Source: an uncultured Thermotogae bacterium
Lineage (GTDB): Bacteria > Bipolaricaulota > Bipolaricaulia > RBG-16-55-9 > JAJCYT01
Direction of reading: 5' to 3'
Assembly: GCA_964572855.1 (NCBI GenBank)
Contig: CAZNGF010000001.1
Span: 14,099 to 78,098 of the forward strand
DNA length: 64,000 nt
Shown here piece by piece: positions 27,419-36,658 of this stretch. The position numbers were made by a program, and so were the translations under genes. Below the pieces are notes generated by a model, which was given only the letters and a program-made list of their open reading frames with translations, made no database searches and was not told where the DNA came from. Position 1 is the stretch's first letter. Every line of letters begins with the position of its first letter.

Positions 27419-28492
27419 TTAGAACGCGAACCGGGCGGCGTCCAAGCCGTCCGAGGTCAGGACCTCGCCCGCGGGCGTGACCAGCACGGCCTCGATGCCG
27501 GTGAGGTCGTTGACCAGCGCGAGCCCGGCCTCCGGACCCAGGACGAACACCCCTGTCGAGAGCGCGTCGGCCTCGGTGGCCGTGGGCGCGATCACGGTGG
27601 CGCTGACCAGCGCGCGCGCCGGGCGGCCCGTTTCGGGGGCGAGCACGTGGTGGTAGCGCACGCCGTCTTGCTCGAAAAAGCGCTGGTAGTCGCCCGAGGT
27701 GGCCACGCCGCGGCCCGCGGCCAGCTCGACCGTGCCCAACACGCGCCCCGGCTCGCGCGGGTGCTGGATCGCCACCCGGAACGGGCGGTAGCGGGTCCAG
27801 AACAGGACCGACTCGGGCACGCCACCGAACACGCCCACGTTGCCCCCCGCGTTGACCAGCGCGCCCTCGACCCCGAAGCCGCCCAGCGTCTCGAGCGCGC
27901 GGTCCACGGCGTAGCCCTTGGCGATCCCACCCAGGTCGATCTGGGCCGCCTGGCTGTGGCGCGTGACCGCCCGCGCCCCGGGGGCGAGGGTGTAGCCGAG
28001 CGGTTGTGCCAGCAGCCCCCGGATCTCGCCCTCGGACGGCACGGTGCCGGACCCGTCCCAGTCCTGCACGAAGCCCCAGAGGTCGACGAGCGCCCCCAGG
28101 CTGGCGTCGAAGGCGCCGCGGGTGCGCTCGCGGTACCGTTGGGCGCGCTGTAACAGGTCGAACAGCTCCTCGGAGACGGGCACGGGCTCGCCCGGCGGGG
28201 CGCGGTTGAGCCGGCCCAGCTCGCCCTCGCCCGTGCGGCTGAAGCGTCCCTGGACGCGCGCGACTTCGTCGAAGGCGGCGTCCACGGCGCGTTCGAGCTC
28301 TTCGGCGTCGGGGCCGTAGGCCGTGATCTGGACGAAGGTCCCGAGCCAGATCTGCTCGCGGGAGACCTCGCGGTCGCGCAGCCAGGCCGTCAGGATCAGG
28401 CCCAGCGCGAACGTGCCCAGCAGGGCGAGCAGCGCCCCCCGCAGGCCGAACTGCCGCAGCGCGCCGCCCGCCGCCCTGTTCGGGGTGTTCAA
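27419..28492 (-). CDS. apbE: FAD:protein FMN transferase ApbE
   Basis: 357 aa with ApbE motifs (DLGGIAKGYAVD, TSGDYQRFF). It has an N-terminal TM anchor, and the start is probably TTG. Confidence 0.85.
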   Translation of the reverse strand: MNTPNRAAGGALRQFGLRGALLALLGTFALGLILTAWLRDREVSREQIWLGTFVQITAYGPDAEELERAVDAAFDEVARVQGRFSRTGEGELGRLNRAPPGEPVPVSEELFDLLQRAQRYRERTRGAFDASLGALVDLWGFVQDWDGSGTVPSEGEIRGLLAQPLGYTLAPGARAVTRHSQAAQIDLGGIAKGYAVDRALETLGGFGVEGALVNAGGNVGVFGGVPESVLFWTRYRPFRVAIQHPREPGRVLGTVELAAGRGVATSGDYQRFFEQDGVRYHHVLAPETGRPARALVSATVIAPTATEADALSTGVFVLGPEAGLALVNDLTGIEAVLVTPAGEVLTSDGLDAARFAF

Positions 28493-28643
28493 GCTAGCCC
28501 ATCCACCCCTGCGGCAGCGTGCGGTAGTCGGTCTCGCCGACGCGCAGGTCGGCCAGCTCGCGGAAGCGTTCGCCGTCGTAGCGCAGCCTCATACCTTGTC
28601 CCTTCACGGTCGCGGTTTGCGGCAGCTCGGCCCGCACCCGCTG

Positions 28644-28667
28644 ACGCAAGGGGGGCGCGCCCCCCTT
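28644..28667. promoter_or_regulatory. 24-bp perfect GC palindrome in the ApbE/LCP divergent intergenic region
   Basis: GCAAGGGGGGCG|CGCCCCCCTTGC is a perfect palindrome. It sits in a 390-bp non-coding spacer. Confidence 0.35.
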
Positions 28668-28882
28668 GCGCCGGAGCGCGTAGAGTATTTTTCAGGACGG
28701 ATCGGGCCTCGTCAAGCGCGGCCGGAGGTCGATCCGGCAGTGATCCTTCCGGATGTGCGTCAGGTTCTTCAGGACCTCGCCCCCCCCGGTGAGGGGCGGC
28801 TTGCGCGCGAGCCCTTGACCGCGACGAGGCCGAGCGCTACCCTCGTCGGCGTGGGTACCCAAGCGACGCAGAGAGGGGAAGG

Positions 28883-30073
28883 ATGAGCAACCGCTGGATC
28901 TGGGCTCTGGGCGTGTTGCTGGTGCTGGCCGCCGGGGCGGTGTTCATTTGGTTCCAGCCGCGCCCGAGCGCGGCGGGCAACGGCACGCGCGTGCTCGTGC
29001 TCGGCCTCGACGAGGTCGAGGGGCGCAGCCGCAGCGACATCATCATCGTGGCCCAGGCGAACGAGGACGGGGTCCAGCTCGTCTCGATCCCGCGCGACCT
29101 GCGGGTCAAGTTCCCGGACGGCCAACTGCGCAAGGTGAACGCGGCCTACTCGCTGGGCGGCGTCGCGCTGGCGCGCGAAGTCGTGGCCGGCTTCCTGGGC
29201 GTCGAGCTCCCCTACTACGCCGTGGTGGACTACGACGGCTTCGAGACCGTGGTCGATCTGTTGGGCGGGGTCGAGCTCGAGGTCGAAAAGCGCATGGTCT
29301 ACGAGGACCAGGCCCAGGGGCTCGAGATCGACCTGGAGCCGGGGCTGCAGACGCTCGACGGCGCGCAGGCGCTCCAGTACGTGCGCTACCGCGATGAGAC
29401 GGGCGACCTGGACCGCATCAACCGGCAGCAGAAGCTGCTGCGCGCGCTGCTGGCCAAGGAGTCGGTCCAGCTCGAGGCGCTGGGCACGGTGCGCTCGCTG
29501 TTGGAGATGGCCTTCCAGCACGTCGAGTCGACCAACCTGCTGCTCACCGACCTGCTGGGGATGGCCGGCCGCTTCCAGGGATTGGGTGCTGATCAGGTGT
29601 CGATGCACCAGCTGGGCGGCGAGCCGATCCAGGTCGCGGGCGTGAGCTACCTCGAGCCCAACGCCGTGCGGGCGGCCGCCACCGTGGAGCGCTACCTGCG
29701 CGGCCGGGAGGTCCTGTTGCGCAGCGACGTCACCGCGGTCGTGCTCAACGGCAACGGGGCCAGCGGGCTGGCCAGCCAGCTCCAGGCACGCCTGGAGGGG
29801 CGGGACTTCCGCGTGATCGAGGTCGGCAACGCCGAAAACTTCGAGTACCTGAACACGCTGGTGATCGCCAACGACGGGGGGGATACGGCGCGCGCCACCC
29901 TGGTGCACCAGGCGCTCGGCGGCGTGGGACGGATCGTACCCGCCGAGGAGGTCGCCGACCACCTGGAGGCGATCCGGGCCTGCGGGGGGCCGTGTCGGAT
30001 CGATGACCCCGCCAACCTGGACCGGGCCGACGTGATCCTGATCGCCGGGCTCGACTATCCGACGGAAGAGTGA
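28883..30073 (+). CDS. LytR-CpsA-Psr (LCP) family protein with LytR_C domain
   Basis: A TM anchor followed by an LCP core (VLVLGLDE...RSDIIIVAQ...VSIPRDL) and a C-terminal LytR_C domain. Confidence 0.85.
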   Translation: MSNRWIWALGVLLVLAAGAVFIWFQPRPSAAGNGTRVLVLGLDEVEGRSRSDIIIVAQANEDGVQLVSIPRDLRVKFPDGQLRKVNAAYSLGGVALAREVVAGFLGVELPYYAVVDYDGFETVVDLLGGVELEVEKRMVYEDQAQGLEIDLEPGLQTLDGAQALQYVRYRDETGDLDRINRQQKLLRALLAKESVQLEALGTVRSLLEMAFQHVESTNLLLTDLLGMAGRFQGLGADQVSMHQLGGEPIQVAGVSYLEPNAVRAAATVERYLRGREVLLRSDVTAVVLNGNGASGLASQLQARLEGRDFRVIEVGNAENFEYLNTLVIANDGGDTARATLVHQALGGVGRIVPAEEVADHLEAIRACGGPCRIDDPANLDRADVILIAGLDYPTEE

Positions 30074-30441
30074 TCATGGCAGGACAGAGCGCCCCAAACG
30101 GCGACCTTGACCCGCGCGACCGCGAGTTGCTCGAGCGCATCGTGGGCGCGATCGAGCGGGTCAAGGGCAGCGACACCGCGGTGTGGGACGTGCGCGGTTT
30201 CGTCGTGCCCACGAGCTTCATGGTGCTGACCACCGCGGAGGGCGTCAGGCAAATCCGGGCCATGGCCGACGCCATCCGGGACGCCGTCGAGGGCAAGCCG
30301 CTGTATCAGGAGGGAATCGACGGTCGGCAGTGGGCCGTGATGGACTACGGCCCCGTGATCGTCCACGTGCTCACCCCGGAGGCGCGCGCCTTCTACGACC
30401 TGGACGAGCTTTGGGGCGACAAACCGGTGGCGCTGGGCTGA
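30070..30441 (+). CDS. rsfS: Ribosomal silencing factor RsfS (Iojap)
   Basis: About 120 aa with an Iojap/RsfS fold (VWDVRGFVVPTSFMVLTTAEGVRQIRAMADAI). The start is GTG at 30070 or ATG at 30076. It overlaps the LCP stop. Confidence 0.85.
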   Translation: MIMAGQSAPNGDLDPRDRELLERIVGAIERVKGSDTAVWDVRGFVVPTSFMVLTTAEGVRQIRAMADAIRDAVEGKPLYQEGIDGRQWAVMDYGPVIVHVLTPEARAFYDLDELWGDKPVALG

Positions 30442-30494
30442 GCCGCCGGTGGGCGTGAGCTGATGGCCGTTTTTCCCTTTCCAAACGGCGTCCT

Positions 30495-30522
30495 TGACAA
30501 GGGAAACCGGGGTTGGTATACT
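30495..30522 (+). promoter_or_regulatory. Consensus sigma-70-type promoter for the 23S-5S rRNA operon
   Basis: TTGACA, a 16-nt spacer, then TATACT. It lies about 60 nt upstream of the 23S processing stem. Confidence 0.6.
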
Positions 30523-31754
30523 TCTGTCCGCCTCGGATCAGAGGCATCCGGATTTGGTCTTTGAAAAGTGAATAGAGTGTGCCGCAAGCGCAGTAAGGGC
30601 ACGTGGTGGATGCCTTGGCAGATGGAGGCGATGAAGGGCGTGGTAGGCTGCGATAAGCCGCGGGGAGCCGCCGAACAGGCTTTGATCCGTGGATGCCCGA
30701 ATGGGAGCACCCGCACCGCTGAAGGCGGTGGATCCAGGGCCGAAAATCTCAAGTAAGCTCTGGAGGCCAACCCGGGGAAGTGAAGCATCTCAGTACCCGG
30801 AGGAAGAGAAATCAACCGAGATTCCCCTAGTAGCGGCGAGCGAACGGGGAAGAGCCCAAACCCGATGTGCGCCAAGAGTGCAGTCGTTGCTCATCGGGGG
30901 TTGTAGGACGGCCCGTAAGGTCCCTGCATGGACCTTGAGGAGTTACAAACGCATCCTTTAGTTGAACGGCCTGCAAAGTCACTGGAAAGGGCGACCGGAG
31001 AAGGTGAAAGTCCTGTAAGCGAAAAGGGATGCGCTCCTCGTGGCTGGACCTGAGTAGCGTCGGACACGAGAAATCCGGCGTGAAGCTGGGAGGACCACCT
31101 CCCAAGGCTAAATACTCCCATCTGACCGATAGTGAACTAGTACCGCGAGGGAAAGGTGACAAGAACCCCTGACGGGGAGTGAAATAGAACCTGAAACCAC
31201 GTGCTTACAGACAGTGGAAGGGCCAAGGTCTTTTCGCTTCGGCGAATCGACCAGCCTGACCGCATGCCTTTTGCATTATGATCCTGCGAGTTATCGTATG
31301 TGGCAAGGTTAAGCCTCACTGGGGCGGAGCCATAGTGAAAGCGAGCCTGAATAGGGCGTGGAGTCACGTGCGATAGACCCGAAGCCGAGCGAACTAGCCA
31401 TGGCCAGGTTGAAGCACATGTGATAGTGTGTGGAGGACCGCACCGGTGGACGCTGAAAAGTCCTCGGATGAGCTGTGGTTAGCAGTGAAAAGCTAGACGA
31501 GTCTCGGTGATAGCTGGTTCTCCCCGAAATATATTTGGGTATAGCCTCAGGCATCGAAGCAAGCGGGGGTAGAGCACTGGTTGAATGCGGGGCAACCCAA
31601 TTTCAGTCAAACTTCGAATACCGTTTGTGAATTCCTGGGAGTCAGTCTATGGGGGATAATCTTCATGGACAAGAGGGAAACAGCCCGTAACCGCCAGCTA
31701 AGGTCCCCAAGTTTAGGCTAAGTGAAGAAGGATGTGCGATTGCTAAAACAGCTG

Positions 31755-31800
<46 letters not shown>

Positions 31801-32602
31801 CCACCAGTCTAGTGGTTGTGCGCCGAAGATGAAACGGGACTCAAGCCTAACGCCGAAGCTGCGGGCTCGGACCGCCTGCGGGCGGACCGAGCGGTAGGGG
31901 AGCATTCTGCAGTAGGATGAAGTCGGCCCGTGAGGGTCGATGGACGAGGCAGAAGTGAGAATGCAGGAATGAGTAGCGCGAGCTGAATGAGAAATTCGGC
32001 CACCGATTGCCCAAGGTTTCCTGGGGAAGGCTTATCCTCCCAGGGTTAGTCGGTCCTAAGCTGAATCCTTATCGGAGTAAGCGATGGACAACGGGTTAAT
32101 ATTCCCGTACCTCCGGTTGTGCGTTATCAGCAAAGGGGTGACGCTGTGGGCTGTACCGAGCGGGGTAACGGTTATCCCCGTGCAAGCGCCAAGGCGTCGG
32201 ACGCCAGGAAAATCCAGCGTCCGGTTAAGTCGAGGCGTGATGCGGAGGACCTAAGGGTCCGAAGGAAGGTAAGTCTGGAGCCAAGAAAAACCTCTAGCGA
32301 GTGCATCCGGAGACCGTACCGCAAACCGACACAGGTAGGCAGGTAGAGGATACCAAGGTGGACGAGATAACCCCTGTTAAGGAACTCGGCAAGTTGGCCC
32401 CGTAACTTTGGAAGAAGGGGTGCCTCTTGCGAAAGAGGCCGCAGTGAATAGGCTCTGGCGACTGTTTATCAAAAACACAGGATCCTGCTAACTCGAAAGA
32501 GGACGTATAGGATCTGAAGCCTGGCCACTACCGGAAGGTCAAGGGGAGGTGTGCAAGCACCAAACTGAAGCCCCGGAGAAGGCCGGCCGTAACTATAACG
32601 GT

Positions 32603-33279
32603 GGTTTTTGCTGCCGAAAACGGCCGTTGCAAAATCTAGCCATATGCTGGGACGGCTCACGTATCCCGATGCTACCGAGGAGGTTACAATGCATGGGCGG
32701 AGCTAATCAGCAGGAAAGGCTATCCGAGCACGAAACCAAATGGTTCCTTGCGGGTTTCATCGAAGGCGAGGGAAGCCTGTGTGTCTCGATCAAGGCGCAT
32801 CCCACCGCCAAGTTTGGGTACTATGTGGACCCGGAGTTCTTCATCTACCAACACAAGAGCGGGGTATCCGTTCTTAAGTTGGCCCAAGAGATCTTCGGGA
32901 CCGGAAGCATTCATCCCAAGCAGGGCAACGAGGATGTGCTGGTCTACGCGATCACGAGTCGGCGTAGCTTGAGAGAGCGGGTCATCCCTTTCTTTGAAAC
33001 CTACATGGTCTTGTCTGCAAAGCGCGATGTCTTTGAGAGATTCAGGGAGATCGTGATTGCCATGGAAGATCGCAAGGAGCATTTGACCCCTGATGGCTTG
33101 GCGCGCATCGTCGAGCAGGCGTATGCGATGAACCCGGCGAGTAAGGGGAAGCAACGCAAGCGTTCGTTGCAAGAAGTGACGGATAGAATCCTCAGAGGCC
33201 ATACGCTAGACCTCTCCCTCGAAGCGGGAGAGTGAAGAGATGGTCCGATCTTTGCAGCGATGCAAAGCTAACACAAATG
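32603..33279 (+). mobile_element. Intron in the 23S rRNA at the I-CeuI site (E. coli position 1923, helix 69/71 region); probably a group I intron
   Basis: The exon junction ...GGCCGTAACTATAACGGT | intron | CCTAAGGTAGCGAAATTCC reconstitutes the universal 23S sequence and the 26-bp I-CeuI recognition site. The 5' exon ends in U and the intron ends in G, as in group I introns. It contains a LAGLIDADG ORF. Confidence 0.8.
32693..33235 (+). CDS. LAGLIDADG homing endonuclease (single-motif, I-CeuI-like) encoded within the 23S intron
   Basis: The ATG at 32693 is preceded by GAGGAGG. The motif KWFLAGFIEGEGSLCVSI is a LAGLIDADG-type catalytic helix. The protein is about 181 aa. The track ORF from 32549 extends upstream into exon 1. 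Confidence 0.85.
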   Translation: MGGANQQERLSEHETKWFLAGFIEGEGSLCVSIKAHPTAKFGYYVDPEFFIYQHKSGVSVLKLAQEIFGTGSIHPKQGNEDVLVYAITSRRSLRERVIPFFETYMVLSAKRDVFERFREIVIAMEDRKEHLTPDGLARIVEQAYAMNPASKGKQRKRSLQEVTDRILRGHTLDLSLEAGE

Positions 33280-33317
<38 letters not shown>

Positions 33318-33628
33318 GCGCATGAATGGTATAACGACTGGAGCACTGTCTCAACAGGGGGCTCGGTGAAATTGAACTGCCGGTGCAAATGCCGGCAACC
33401 CGCGGTAGGACGAAAAGACCCCGTGGAGCTTTACTGGAGTTTGGCATTGGGGCTTGATGCATTTTGTGTAGGATAGGTGGGAGCCTTTGAAGCCGGGGCG
33501 CTAGTCTCGGTGGAGGCGTCCTTGAAATACCACCCTTTATGTATTGGGTCTCTAACCTAGCGTCGTGAAGAGCGGCGCGGGGACCGTGTTAAGCGGACAG
33601 TTTGACTGGGGCGGTCGCCTCCTAAAAA

Positions 33629-33661
<33 letters not shown>

Positions 33662-33785
33662 GTTAGCGATCAGCCATTGAGTGTAAGGGCATAAGGGAGC
33701 TTGACTGCGAGACCCACAAGTCGAGCAGGTGCGAAAGCAGGCCCTAGTGACCCTACGGCTTCTGTGTGGAAGGGCCGTGGATCAT

Positions 33786-33816
<31 letters not shown>

Positions 33817-33875
33817 AGTACCGCCCGAGAGTCCACATCGACGGCGGTGTTCGGCACCTCGATGTCGGCTCATCT

Positions 33876-33906
<31 letters not shown>

Positions 33907-34316
33907 CGTCTGTTCGCCGGTTAAAGAGGTACGTGAGCTGGGTTCAGACCGTCGCAAGACAGGTCGGTCCATATCCGCCGTGGGCGCAAGAAGCTTGAGA
34001 GGTTTTCTCCTCAGTACGAGAGGACCGGGAGGACCGGACCGCTGGTGTACCAGTTGTCCCGCCAGGGGCACCGCTGGGTAGCTATGTCCGGACAAGATAA
34101 GCGCTGAAGGCATCTAAGCGCGAAGCTTCCCTCGAGACAAGGCTTCTTAGACCCCTCCGAGACCAGGAGGTTGATAGGCCACAGGTGTACGCACGGTAAC
34201 GTGTTCAGCCGAGTGGTACTAATGGTCTATTGCTTGCACTATGCACACTCTATTCACTTTTGAGGGACCAAGTCCCCCGACTTGAAATTCGGCCCGCCAG
34301 GGGCGGGTCCACGGAC

Positions 34317-34434
34317 TTCAGGTGGCCATAGAGCAGGGGAAACACCCGTTCCCATCCCGAACACGGCAGTTAAGCCCTGCTTCGCCGATGGTACTAAGCT
34401 CGTAAGGGCTTGGAAGAGTAGGTTGCCGCCTGGA
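34317..34434 (+). rRNA. rrf: 5S ribosomal RNA
   Basis: GGTGGCCATAGAGCAGGGGAAACACCCGTTCCCATCCCGAACACGGCAGTTAAGCCCTGCTTCGCCGATGGTACT...GAGTAGGTTGCCGCC matches the bacterial 5S consensus and lies about 75 nt downstream of the 23S gene. Confidence 0.9.
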
Positions 34435-34435
34435 A

Positions 34436-34480
34436 CCTCTTCAAAGGGGAAGAGCGTACGCTCTTCCCCTTTGGTTTTTC
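34436..34480 (+). terminator. Rho-independent terminator of the rRNA operon
   Basis: AAAGGGGAAGAGCG-TACG-CTCTTCCCCTTT stem-loop followed by TTTTT. Confidence 0.8.
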
Positions 34481-34532
34481 TCGCCTTGACGCGCTCCCCC
34501 GCGCCCCCGATAGTGGAACCGAGGAGGGCTCT

Positions 34533-35360
34533 ATGCTGATCGACTGTCACGTGCATTTGAACCACTACGAGGACGAACACCGCCCGCCCAGCGAGGCGGC
34601 CGCCCAGCTGTTCGCCGAGATGGCCCAGGCCGGCGTAGACCACGCCGTCGTGCTCACCTCCTACGAGGTCACGCCCAACCGACCGCACGTCGACGAGGTG
34701 ATCGAACTGGTGGGAGACGACCCGCGCATCACCATCGTCGAGGGGCTGCGCTGGAACGGCCCCGGCCAGCCGACCGACCTGTTCCGCATGGAGGAGCGCA
34801 TCCGCGACGGGCTCGTGAAGGGCATCAAGCTCTACCCCGGTTACGATCGTTACGCCATCAACGACGCTTCGCTGGTCTCGGTGCTTAGAATCGCGTCTAA
34901 GTACGGGGTGCCCGTGATGATCCACACCGGCGACACCTACAGCCAGCGCGCCAAGGTGCGCCAGGCCCACCCGCTGCTGGTCGACGACGTCGCGGTCGAC
35001 TTTCCCCAGGTGGACTTCGTGATCTGTCACCTGGGCAACCCTTGGTTCCAGGACACCGCCGAGGTCTTGTACAAGAACGACAACGTCTACGCCGACATCT
35101 CGGGGCTCACGCTGGGGGACTTCGACTACGAGTTCGAGCGCTACATGATGATGCGCGTCAGCGAGCTGATCACCTACATGGGCGACCCCGGTGAACAGCT
35201 CCTGTTCGGCACGGACTGGCCCATCGCCGGCATGAAGGCGTATCGGAAATTCTTCGACGGGTTCGAGCTCACCGGCGACCAGAAGGAGAACATCGCCTGG
35301 CGCACGGCCGCGCGGCTGTTCGACATCGACGTCGAAGCGCTGTACCCGGAGGCGAGCTGA
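34533..35360 (+). CDS. Amidohydrolase-family metal-dependent hydrolase (TIM barrel)
   Basis: MLIDCHVHLNH..., with HTGD and HLG metal-binding motifs. 275 aa. Confidence 0.75.
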   Translation: MLIDCHVHLNHYEDEHRPPSEAAAQLFAEMAQAGVDHAVVLTSYEVTPNRPHVDEVIELVGDDPRITIVEGLRWNGPGQPTDLFRMEERIRDGLVKGIKLYPGYDRYAINDASLVSVLRIASKYGVPVMIHTGDTYSQRAKVRQAHPLLVDDVAVDFPQVDFVICHLGNPWFQDTAEVLYKNDNVYADISGLTLGDFDYEFERYMMMRVSELITYMGDPGEQLLFGTDWPIAGMKAYRKFFDGFELTGDQKENIAWRTAARLFDIDVEALYPEAS

Positions 35361-35361
35361 G

Positions 35362-35562
35362 ATGGACGGCACGCGCCGCGCGCACATCAAGCCCGGCGCC
35401 CGCGTCCTGATCGTCCTGAAACGCGACCAACCCAGCGGTGAACGCACCGAGGGCATCGTGAAGGAGGTTTTGACCAAGTCGCCCGTCCACCCGCACGGGA
35501 TCAAGGTGCGGCTGCAGTCGGGCGAGGTGGGCCGCGTCAAGGAGATCCTGGAACCTGCCTGA
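35362..35562 (+). CDS. YwbE-family protein (DUF2196)
   Basis: 66 aa. GERTEGIVKEVLTKSPVHPHGIKVRLQSGEVGRVKEI is the YwbE signature. Confidence 0.7.
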   Translation: MDGTRRAHIKPGARVLIVLKRDQPSGERTEGIVKEVLTKSPVHPHGIKVRLQSGEVGRVKEILEPA

Positions 35563-35586
35563 TCCCACTATCCCGAGGAGGCCACG

Positions 35587-35889
35587 TTGTACATCGCCAT
35601 GAACCGCTTCAAAATCGCTCCCGGCCGCGAGCAGGACTTCGCGGCCATCTGGCACGAGCGCGAGTCGCACCTGGACGGGGTGCCGGGGTTCCAATCGTTC
35701 CACCTGTTGCGGGGCCCATCCCAGCAGGACCATACGCTGTTCGCCTCGCACACGGTGTGGGCATCCAAGGCGCACTTCGACGCCTGGACCGACTCCGAGG
35801 CATTCAAGCGCGCCCACGCCGGCGCGGGCGGCGCCAAGGACATCTACCTCGGCCCGCCGCAGTTCGAGGGGTTCGAAGTCGTGCTCTAA
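35587..35889 (+). CDS. Antibiotic-biosynthesis-monooxygenase (ABM) domain protein
   Basis: About 100 aa with a ferredoxin-like ABM fold (IAMNRFKIAPGREQDFAAIW...FQSFHLLRG). Confidence 0.7.
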   Translation: MYIAMNRFKIAPGREQDFAAIWHERESHLDGVPGFQSFHLLRGPSQQDHTLFASHTVWASKAHFDAWTDSEAFKRAHAGAGGAKDIYLGPPQFEGFEVVL

Positions 35890-36281
35890 CCCGGCCGCTG
35901 CGCTTTCAGGTCGGAAACCTGGGCAATCCGCTCGAAGTGCGCGTCCAGGTGATAGAGCACCGCTTCGGCCTCAAGTGCCGACGCAGCAACGATCAGGTCG
36001 GTTGCCGGCACGGTGACGCCGGTGCGTCTGAGATCGTAGCCCAAGCGTGCGGCGCGCTCGAACACGTCACGGGTCAATTCCAGCCAGTGAAACGCGTGAA
36101 AATCCGAGTCGAGCTGCCGGTACGCGCGTTCCGTGCCGGCAAAGGCCAACAGCTCGGTTTGCACGATCCCGTTGATCGCCACCTGATCCGCGGCGATGGC
36201 AGCGCCAATTGCCGCCTGCACCGCCGCCGCGCCGTCCGGCCGATAGTACTCGATCAGCGCCGAGCTGTCCGCCAGGATCAT
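35886..36281 (-). CDS. vapC: Type II toxin VapC (PIN domain ribonuclease)
   Basis: 131 aa, MILADSSALIEYY.... The PIN acidic residues are present. It overlaps the vapB stop. Confidence 0.8.
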   Translation of the reverse strand: MILADSSALIEYYRPDGAAAVQAAIGAAIAADQVAINGIVQTELLAFAGTERAYRQLDSDFHAFHWLELTRDVFERAARLGYDLRRTGVTVPATDLIVAASALEAEAVLYHLDAHFERIAQVSDLKAQRPG

Positions 36282-36484
36282 TCTTCGGCTCTCAGCGCTT
36301 CCAGCGTTGCCCGATCCAAATCCAGCTCAATCCGCCCGCGATGGGCGAGTGCCTCGTTCAGCCGCCGGCGCCGCAAGAAATCCTCCAAGGCCAAGCGAAT
36401 GGCCTCCGCCTTGCTGGAGACACCCAGCGTTTCCTTCACTTCCTGCACCAACCGCTCGTCCACCGTGATCGTCATGCGACTCAT
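36278..36484 (-). CDS. vapB: Type II antitoxin VapB (ribbon-helix-helix/CopG-like)
   Basis: 68 aa, MSRMTITVDERLVQEVKETLGVSSKAEAIRLALEDFLRRRR, a classic RHH antitoxin, immediately upstream of vapC. Confidence 0.8.
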   Translation of the reverse strand: MSRMTITVDERLVQEVKETLGVSSKAEAIRLALEDFLRRRRLNEALAHRGRIELDLDRATLEALRAEE

Positions 36485-36643
36485 GGCGCACCACCTCTTT
36501 ACACCAATATACTACACCACCATACAGCACTATTCGAACGCCAAAGCCCTTTTGGTACCTTCTTCTAAACCCAGTGGCCACTCGACGGAATCACAGCGGT
36601 GTGAGAGAGCTGGCAAGGCTGCTGCGAGAAATCCGGGCGCACG

Positions 36644-36658
36644 TATAATGCCCCTGTG
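36644..36658 (+). promoter_or_regulatory. -10 box (TATAAT) 6 nt upstream of the GTG start, implying a leaderless mRNA for the methyltransferase gene
   Basis: TATAAT-gcccct-GTG; there is no room for a 5' UTR or Shine-Dalgarno. Confidence 0.5.

Noticed and set aside
32603-33279. Possibility that the 23S insertion is a group II intron or an insertion sequence
   Set aside because: There is no reverse transcriptase or transposase ORF, it is far too small for group II, and the exact U|...G boundaries at a classical LAGLIDADG homing site favour a group I-type homing intron.
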